Assembly (NCBI RefSeq): GCF_009914755.1 | Contig: NC_060940.1 | DNA: 64,000 nt | Strand: one strand, 5' to 3' | DNA from: the human T2T-CHM13v2.0 reference genome, Homo sapiens | Shown here: positions 54,417-64,000 of the stretch, in pieces | Layout of the letters: every line of letters begins with the position of its first letter | How positions within the stretch are numbered: position 1 is the first letter of the stretch | Program-made: the position numbers and the translations under genes | The notes under the pieces: model-generated | Told to the model about the DNA's origin: nothing | Seen by the model: the letters and a program-made list of their open reading frames with translations, nothing else | The model's database searches: none

Positions 54417-54524
54417 GAAAACCCTAAGGAATGTAGAAAAAACTTCTAGAACTAATAATACATGAGTGCAGTATTAGCACCCTATTAGGCCAATTTTAAA
54501 AACCACGCCAATTATGTTTCTATA

Positions 54525-55159
<635 letters not shown>

Positions 55160-55564
55160 TAGCAGCAATTAATAATTGAAAAATAAAAAATTTAAAAGAT
55201 CATTTAAGATAACATCAAAACCATAAAGTATTTAGGGATAAATTAAACCATAAAACCCTTGAGTTTTTTGGTTTGAGAGAAATTGCAGAGAGAAATTAAG
55301 GAAACTAAACTCAAATAGAGTGATAGATCATGGTTATGGACTGAAAGATTCACTGATTTGAAGAAGTCAGTTTTTCCTAAATTGATCCATAGATTTAATG
55401 TAATCCTATTAAAATCCCAACAGTCTTTTAAAAAATAAAAGACACAGGCAAGTTGACTCTAAAATTTAAATGGAAATATAAAGTACTTAGGATAGCCAAA
55501 ACAATTTTGTAAAACAAGGATAAAATGAGAGGACTTACATCACCTGATTTCAAGCCTTCTAAAA

Positions 55565-55775
55565 TGTATTTTATTTAATCCAACATATTTGAGACATTAT
55601 CATTTTCAACATGTAATCAATAACACAGTTATGAACGAGACATTTTTACATTTTTTTATTTCCAAGTTTTTGAAAGATGGCATATATTTTACACTTACAA
55701 CACTTCTCCATTCAGACCAGCCACATTTTAACACTCAATAGCTAAGGTAGCAAGTGGCTACCATTTTGGACAGAT
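55565..55775. mobile_element. MER33 fragment
   Basis: 'tattttatttaatccaa...ttcaacatgtaatcaa...ttttacacttacaacac...agtggctaccattttggacag'. Confidence 0.8.
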
Positions 55776-58700
55776 TATGGACAAAAATTTGCTTTAAACA
55801 TTATCTCACAGCATTTAATAAATTACATCAAAGTAGATCATAGACCTATATATAAAGGTCAAAACTGTAAAACTTCAAGAAGTAAACATAGAAAAAAGTA
55901 TTTACAACCTTGGGATAGTGAACGATTTGTTAGGTAAGACACAAAAAGCATAAACCATGAAAGAAAAACTGATGATTGAACTTAGTCCACCTTTAAAAGT
56001 TGTGTTCTTCAAAAGACAACATTAAGAAGATGAAAAAGTCCACCCCAGTCACTAACTGGGAGAAAATAGGATACGTGATAACAAACTTTTATCTAGTATA
56101 TTAAAAACCAAACAAAACAACAACAACAAACAAAAACTGGTTACACTCAATAGCAAAAAACCAGCAAATATATGAAACAGTGGGGAAAATAGTAGAAGAC
56201 ACTTCACACAAAAGGATATATGGATGGCCAATAAGCGTATGAAAGATGTTCAACATCATTGGTGATCAGGGAAATGCAAATTAAAACACAATGAGATAAA
56301 TATGCATTAGAACGGCCAATGACAAAGCCTGACAGTATCAAGCGTTGGCGGGGATTGGAGCAACTGCAGCTCCCATTGCTTTGGAAAAGTGGCACAGTTT
56401 CTTACAGAATTCAACACACATTTACAATGTGACCCTGAAGTTTAACTCCTAGACATTTCTTCAAGAGAAATGAAGACATACGCCCACAGAAAGATTTGAA
56501 CATGAATGTTCGCACTTACTTTTTCATTATAGTCCTAAACTAGATACAATTCAAATGTCCATCAGCACGTGAACAGGTAAACAAATCGTGGCATATCCAC
56601 ACAATGGAACAGTACTCAGCAATGACAAAGAATAAACTGTTACATATAATATCCCTGAATCCCAAAGACAGGCTGAATGAGACAAGCTTATCCCAGAAGA
56701 GAAAATACTGCATGATTCCACTTATCTGAACTCCAGAAAGACAAATCTAATTTAGTAACAGAAAGCAGATCAACTGTTGATTGGGGCCAGGATTGGGGGA
56801 GGGGGCAGGGATTGCCTGAAAAGGGGCTCTAGGGGACATTTTGGGGTGATGGAATGAATATTCTATATGTCATTTGTGGTGGTATTTACATGGGTGATTT
56901 AAATTTGTCAAGACTTGTTGAAATATACACTCAAAACAAGTGCATTTTACTGTATGAGTCCCATTAATATTTTGGAGTATGTAAAAAATGATGCTGCAGT
57001 CATTTTCTTCATACATATTCACGTATATGTCGTATTTTACAAAGTCAGAGTCATGTTGCATTTACTATTTTGTAATTTCCTTTTTCCACTTAACAGCATC
57101 TTGAAAACATACTTGCCCATCCACAAGACCACTTCTATACCCACACTTTCAATGGCTGCGGAGGTACCGAACCCTGTGTCTGTACCCTCATGCACAGCAT
57201 CCAATTCTGCCCGTGGGACTTTGAGTCTTGTTCCCACTATCTGCTATCAAAACCATGCTCAGTTGAGCATCCTCCAGTTTCATCTTTGCTCATCAAATGG
57301 CTGCTTTAGGCTGGTTTCCCAGCAGTGGTGGGGCAGGATCAGAGGGTGTGGACATTGTTAAGGCTGTTGATTGGTAAAGCCCCGCAATCTATGACCGCTG
57401 TAGGAACTGGATCCCCCATCAGGGTGTGAGACACCCTTTAGGCTGTATCCCAGGAACCAGCAAACTCCTGTTGGCTCCCTACCCTGGGTTTTTCTTTGCC
57501 CACTCAGTTTTATCGGAAGCAAAGAACTGATGAGAACCTAGAGCCTCCATGCTATTCTTGAGGGCATGTGGGTGGAGGTGCTCTGGGGAGGGCTCTGGCA
57601 CCTGCAGGGGGAAAGATTCCAGCTGCTGGGAGCATTTCCCTCCCTCTGCGCTCAGGGAGGCCTGTGAGTGGGAGGCTCTTCTGCTTGGCAGGGCTGGGCA
57701 GCAGCCCAGGCTGGGAGCCACACTCCCCCAGCACAGCCCACTGGGACTGGCCCTTCCTGCAGCGTTAGCTGAGGCATTGTGTGGGGGACCTCACTTGAAG
57801 CTGGGTGGAGGTGAGGGGGTGGGGGTGGGAGTGAGGATGGAGCTGGTGGCCCAGGGCCAGAGCATATCCTAAATTAGAAACCTCCATCGTCTGTTCCAGC
57901 TGGTGTCTGAGAAAGGCTGCCATGGTCAGCATGAAAGCTAGTGATTACGTGAGCGGAGTCTCTGCAGAGAGAAGCAGTAACGCAGGCCTCGGCAGCTTCT
58001 GGCTTGTTCCAGGGCCCTCCCTGCTCCGCGGGACCGCAGCACTCGATGCCTCCCTGACCCCTGACCCCTGGCCCAGAGCCGGCCTTCCCTCAGGAATTGC
58101 TCGGAATAAAATTTTCCACAAGGCTTCCTTGGGCTATTCTCATTTCTCTCCACTCCTCTCCTCCCTTGCCCTTCTTCTTTCAAACAGATTAAAATCCCTC
58201 TCTGCAGAGACCCTTTGCCATGCCCTGTGGGGTGGGGGACACATGGCTATTCTGAGGTCTCAGCCTTCCAGAGGTTCGTATTATTTCATTTTTCCATTTA
58301 AAAAATATTTCAAAGAGGCGTTAAGTACAGAGGGCAAAACTCCTTTTGGACAGTGAGAAGGACTCCAGGGTGGAAGAAATTCTCCCTTTCATCCCCTGCG
58401 CAGGGGCTCGGTCAGGGAGGGTTTCCAGGTGTCCTCACGCCCTGCAGGACATGCAATGGAGAGCGCTCCGGATCGGCTCCCACGGTGCCCTGTCCGCCTT
58501 TTCCGACTCCCTGCCCTTCAACAGGGGCTCTGGGAGATCCTGGAGCCCTCAGTTGACAGAAGAGCCTCCTTCCTTATTAGCCTCTGGGCTGCAGGCTAAG
58601 GGCCAGGCATGGCCTCTGGACTTGGCTGGCTCCTGGGGCCCGCGTCTTCCCCTCTCTGACACTCAGCGTCCCCTCTGGCACAGGTGGGCTAATAATGGTG

Positions 58701-61176
58701 CCCATGTGGCAGCACTGCTGCGGGCACTGAGATGACCTTGGCAAAGCTCTGGGCCTGGAGGATGGGCACAGCCAGTGGAGGCTTCTGCCGTCCAGAGGAG
58801 GTGGGCAGAATGGCGACAGTCTCAGGGAGGGGTGAAGGGGCTGAGGAGAGGAGCCTGGGGAGGAAGGTCCCTGCATTCGAGTGTCTCATGGGCCAGGACC
58901 AGCCTCGCTTTGTGGGCACTGAAGGTCCCTCGGGAGAAGGGGCAGGGAGGCACGTTTTATCTCATTACGTGGAAGAGCCGTCGAAAAGAAGCAGCTCCCC
59001 ATTCCTAGGAGCATGTGAGCTGGGTGACAGCTCCTGGGTGACTCAAACATTGGAAGAGGCACGGAGTCAGAGTACAATCCAGCCCTAGACAAATGCCAGG
59101 GAAGAAGAGGTAAGTGCACAGCGCGGTGCCGGCCAGGAAGTGCTTCACAGGGAGTGACTGCAACTTGTTCTTTTATTGATATTGTTATGGGGGTTTATTA
59201 CCTTTGTTTTGCTCTAGGTTTCTCTCCACTGAGCAGATGCAGGAGAATGGCCATGTCAAAAATCTCCTGCCTACGACGGTCTGAGTGCCAGAGCCCAGCG
59301 TGGTCCGACGGTGCCCTCTGTGGAGGGGCACACGGTTGTCATTGGAGAGTGCAGCTTATCCATTGGTTTCAAAGGAGACTCCTTCTCCCGCCCCCAGTCA
59401 CCCTCACACCTGTTCCCATCTGATGCATGGGGAAATCCAGGTGGGCGGCCTGGTAGGAGCAGTGGGAATGTGCAGCTGAAGACAGTCAGTTCATTAGTGG
59501 AGGACGGGTGACAGGGGCAAAGGGCAGGCAGGAAGCCAGCAGCCCACCCAGGCCCCCACCCGAGCTGGCTGCCGTGTGCAGAAACTGCTTCCTCTCTTGC
59601 CCAGCATTTTTGGGGAAAGGAACTAAACTCAGTTCCTGAATTGGAAGGGAGAGGAAAAGGCGAGGGTTGTGAGCCATTGAAAGGCTTGCACTTTCCCCAG
59701 TGCTGGGAGGGATCTGCATGGGAACCATGAGGCGGAAGCGATATTTTAGCAGCTGTTTTCCAAAGTTGATGAACAGCAGAAGACATGCGAGCAAAGACAA
59801 CAGACCCAGATTTCCGGCCTGCAAGAACTCCTTCCAGCAAAACAGCAAGCACTGCCTGTGGCACCCAGGAGTCTCCTGGGCTGCATCCCAGATGGACCGG
59901 GGATCCTCTAGCATCTTCCAGGGGATGGGAGCCATGGACCGGTCCCAAGGCAGCCCACGTCACCCCTGCTAGCTGGGTGACCTCTTCCCTGCCCTCTGCA
60001 CCTGGGCTTCCTCGTCTGGTGGAATCCTCCCTCGCCGGTCTTGTCTACAGATTTCAGTGAGAGCATAGGGATAAAGTCACCACCACTTATGATTTCCAGA
60101 TCTGGAATAAATCAGGTCTTTCTAAATGGCTTCTAAGTGGCTAGGGCATATTTAATTACTCTAAAAACAAGCAAATCAATGAGGACTTGAAGTAATGGAA
60201 CAACAATAATAGGACTTCATATGGATTGTTATTGTCAGTCGCATGACGATCTACTGAGAATGGTACCAGGATTTTACCCATTTTGCAGCTGAGGAAACTG
60301 AGCAGAGAGAGGGGGAAAAGGTTGCCCAGGGTCACTCAGCCTGCAGGTGGGTGGCTGAGGTTCAAACTCAGGCCCGTGTCACCCACTTGGCTGTGCCGGC
60401 CAAGCACCGTAGGACAGCAGGTTTCCACCTGGGGCTGCTGGTTGGAAGAGTGTGTGCCAGGTGGCTCTCTGGGACTGGCTCCCCTAGAGAATCCCCCAGT
60501 GGGATTTGTGTGCAAATGATTAAGGCAGTGAAGGCGCTGCCAGGAAGCAGAGGGAAGAGAAGGCACCAAGCAAGCAGTGGTTTCTTGGGGGCCCTGCCGC
60601 AGGCTGACCAGGCAGGGCTCTGGAGGGCAGGCTATGGGCGGGCCAGCCTTCACAGCCCCACTCCGAAGTCCCTGGCGAAGGCCGGGATGGCGCCACGTGG
60701 TCCTAGAAGCACAAGGACGGTTCTCTGAAGAGAGTTCCAGGTGAGGCCCACAGAAACAGAAACACACAGGAGCTGGGGAAGGAACAGGCAAAAACCTTCA
60801 CAGGGATCTGGGTCACGTGGGTGGAGCCCGATAGTGTCTGTGCCATCAGTTTCTAGAACGCTCACCGCCAGTAGGATTTTAGCGCTCCCGGGTGGCTGTA
60901 CTGTTCACAGCTGAGCCCCCGGAAGCAAGGACACATGTGCCACCGGTTTGCTGGGTGACTTTATTTCTCCTGTAATCCTTGGTTGCCCAGCAGCTGAGAC
61001 TTCTGTGATCTCCCTGTTCCCTCCCTCTGCACGCGCTAATTCCCTTCCCGATGCCCATGCTGCCTATGCACCTGCCCCTCGGGTTCTGCCTTCCTGGTGC
61101 CTTTGCTGTCTACTTGCTGCCTCTGCCATGTCTCGTGTGGCCAGTGTCCTGGAAAAGCGATGCCTCAGCATGTGGC

Positions 61177-61679
61177 GGAAGGAGAGGGAAGGAGAGGGAA
61201 GGAGGGAAGGAGAGGGAAGGAGTGGGAAGGAGAGGGAAGGAGAGGGAAGGAGAGGGAAGGAGGGAAGGAGTGGGAAGGAGAGGGAAGGAGAGGGAAGGAG
61301 AGGGAAGGAGTGGGAAGGAGTGGGAAGGAGAGGGAAGGAGGGAAGGAGAGGGAAGGAGTGGGAAGGAGAGGGAAGGAGGGAAGGAGAGGGAAGGAGAGGG
61401 AAGGAGTGGGAAGGAGAGGGAAGGAGTGGGAAGGAGAGGGAAGGAGTGTGAAGGAGAGGGAAGGAGAGGGAGGGAGAGGGAAGGAGTGGGAAGGAGAGGG
61501 AAGGAGTGGGAAGCAGAGGGAAGGAGTGTGAAGGAGAGGGAAGGAGAGGGAAGGAGAGGGAAGGAGAGGGAAGGAGTGGGAAGGAGTGGGAAGGAGAGGG
61601 AGGGAGAGGGAGGGAGAGGGAAGGAGAGGGAGGAAGAGGGAGGGAGAGGGAGGGGGAGGGAGAGGGAAGGAGAATAAAA
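61177..61679. repeat. ~500-bp polypurine array, unit GGAG(A/T)GGGAA
   Basis: Directly visible 10-bp unit with 8-bp variants. Confidence 0.97.
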
Positions 61680-63131
61680 GAGTGTGGGGGGAGATGGGGG
61701 GAGGGAAGAAGAGGAAGCCTGAGCAGGGAGGGTAGAGGGTGGGGAGGGGAAGAGATGGGGTGGGGAGAGCCAGAGAGGCTGGGCTTTTGGAGCTGTAGCA
61801 GCTGCAGGGAGTTGTGGGCTGGCCGGCACATTTCCGGTCCTTGGGTCTCATTTGAGGCCTGGGCCTCTGCTTGTCCTGTCTGTGGTTGGCTGTGTGGTTG
61901 TCAACTCCTCTTTGAGCTTCTCACCAAGGTGGCACCTGTTTATTGAGCACCTACTATGTGCCGGCTGTTTGCTGGGATCCAGCAGTGAGCCTCAGGCAGC
62001 CCCTGCTCTCTGAGCTCGTATCCTAGTGGGCCCAGACCACACCCACTGAACACATGGTAACTCCAGGCAGAGCCCAGCTGTCCTGCAGCCTTGCAGCCCA
62101 GGGTCCGTCCGTTGGGTGGAGAACCTGCTCCACCACTGGCTCCTCCTCCATCCCCAGATGTGTCCCCCCGAGTCCCTCGAGCTGTCCCAGGGACCCTGAC
62201 TGCAGGGAGACTCCCCAGCTTCCACCCTTCCATGGCCCTGTGGTTCCTGGGGTGCAATCTGGCCTCTCCTGATCCTCAGTCTGTCCCTCTCTCCTTGCTC
62301 TGGAACTTTCTACCTGCATCTGGAGTTAATTTCTCTCCCATCTCCCCGGCCTTCGGGCCATCCCCAGAGGCAGTCCCACCTGGAAGGCACATTCAAATCA
62401 CCTGGGAAGTTAAATAAACTACCCAGAGTGCTGGCCACGTGCAGACCAATGAAGGCAGAATCTCTGGGCCTCAGGCCTGGTGATTCCTTGTTCCCAGAGC
62501 CGAGACTTCCCCAGGCCCTCTTGCACTGTCTGCACTGCTGCCCCCCTCCTTCAGGTTTCCCTCTGGTCCTCAGGTCCCCTGGCTGGGGCTTATCCTCAGC
62601 CCCGGCAACACGGCCTACAGCTGAGCCTCCAGCTCACAGCATGGGATTCCCACCTTTCTCCTGACTCACCTCTCCTTCCACGCCCAGGTATCCACCTGGG
62701 CAGCCACGCTTCCTGGCCTCAGCACACATTCTGAGCTGTCCTTGGAGGGATTTTGGTGGCTCTGGCCAATATCCTTTGGGGCACTTTATCTCAGTGTGGC
62801 TGTGGCTCTGTTCCAGGCAGGCCCTGGCTAGCTGACTGGTGTCCTGTGGGCCCCACGCTGAGGGCATTACTGGACCCCCTTCTCGCCAGGATGGATGGAC
62901 GTGTCTGTGAATGGTGGGTCTTGCATTACCACCCCCTCCTCTGCAGCCTCAGTTTCCTCATCTGTGGTCTGAGTTCGTGCTGAAGATGAAGGTAGGCCAC
63001 CCTGCACACCATTGCCTGGTCTCTTCAACAGGTGTCACTGTGGGGTAAAGTTGGGGTAAACAGGAGGGTAGGAGATGGTTCTAGGGTAAAAAGCCTGTAG
63101 AGGTTCTTATGAAGTTACGTTGCCTTAGGGT

Positions 63132-63680
63132 TCTTTTTTTTTTTTTTTTTTTCAGACAGTCTTGCTATGTTGCCTAGGCTGGAGTGCAGTGGCATGATCT
63201 CAGCTCATTACAACCTCTGCCCCCTGGTTCAAACAATTCTACCTCAGCATGCCGAGTAGCTGGGATTATAGGCAGGCACCACCACACCTAGCTTTTTTTT
63301 TTTTGAGATGGAGTCTCACTCTGTCACCCAGCCTGGAGCGCAGTGGCGTGGTCTTGGCTCACTGCCAACCTCCACCTCCCAGGTTCAAGTGATTCTCCCA
63401 TCTCAACCTCCCGAGTAGCTGGGACTACAGGCGTCACCTGGCTAATTTTTGTATTTTTAGTAGAGACAGGGTTTCACTATGTTGGTCAGGCTGGTCTCAA
63501 ACTCCTGACCTCATGATTCACCCACTTTGGCCTCCCAATTTTGGTATTTTTTTAGTAGAGATGGGGTTTCAGTATGTTGGCCAGGCTGGTCTCCAACTCC
63601 TGGCCTTGAGTGATCGGCCTGCCTCGGCCTCCCAGAGTGCTGGGATTACAGGCATGAGACACTGTGTTTGCGCCTGGCCC
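63132..63680 (-). mobile_element. Nested Alus: 5'-truncated AluS (~63293-63537) inserted in the mid A-rich linker of another Alu
   Basis: Right arm 63132-63292, a new T-tail plus dimer, then left arm 63538-63680. Confidence 0.88.
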
Positions 63681-63699
63681 TTGGGATCCGTTTGAAATA

Positions 63700-64000
63700 T
63701 AAGTTGGACTTTCCTCTACCAGAGGCAGGGCTCGGCCACCCTTGACACAGTTTCCAGTTCTCCACCCGCTCCAGTTCCACAGTAAGATGGATCCAGACAT
63801 CTGTGTCATACAACTCCCTCCTGGGGACCACCCCACTATGGGACAGCTAGATGCAGCCTGTTTGACTGCCTCCTGACCCCAACACCCAGCATGACTATGA
63901 CTGTGCAGATTTTCAATGACTGCCTCTCAGTCACTGTGTGACCTCCTGGGACCCGTGCCTGCTTGCTCCAAACCCACTACTTAAAACCCTCTGCTGGAAA
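63700..64000 (+). mobile_element. ERVL-type LTR (MER74-like), runs off the window end
   Basis: 'ggacagctagatgcagcctgtttgactgcc', 'cctctcagtcactgtgtgacc', 'gtgcctgcttgctccaaacccac'. Confidence 0.55.

Noticed and set aside
60948-61946. Several 140-255-aa ORFs
   Set aside because: Translation of the GGAGAGGGAA array.

Overview
Primate (human-like) non-coding genomic DNA, as shown by AluJ/S/Y, L1PA, MIR/L2, MaLR LTRs and hAT/Tigger fossils. I recognise no protein-coding exon, RNA gene or processed pseudogene. The ORF-track entries are chance ORFs, Alu or simple-repeat read-throughs, or decayed L1-endonuclease and hAT-transposase remnants. The window contains about 19 Alus, two long fragmented old L1s (1-6830 minus, 53500-56960 plus), about 13 MaLR solo LTRs plus several ERVL-type LTRs, and many tandem repeats. 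I found no evidence of a new multi-gene system. The most interesting signals are: (i) three good CTCF motifs in a reverse-reverse-forward, boundary-like arrangement; (ii) two independent L1>MER44>antisense-Alu nests with the Alu at the same MER44 site; (iii) templated-insertion and local-duplication scars (3993-4100, 15862/16674, 29931/31536); (iv) minisatellites derived from MIR or LTR-flanking sequence; (v) a G-U-compatible hairpin at 12221-12292; (vi) candidate plus-strand lncRNA exons, best at 59009-60135. Repeat subfamily names come from recalled consensus similarity, and boundaries are approximate (about +/-20 bp for old elements). I could not identify the chromosomal locus.
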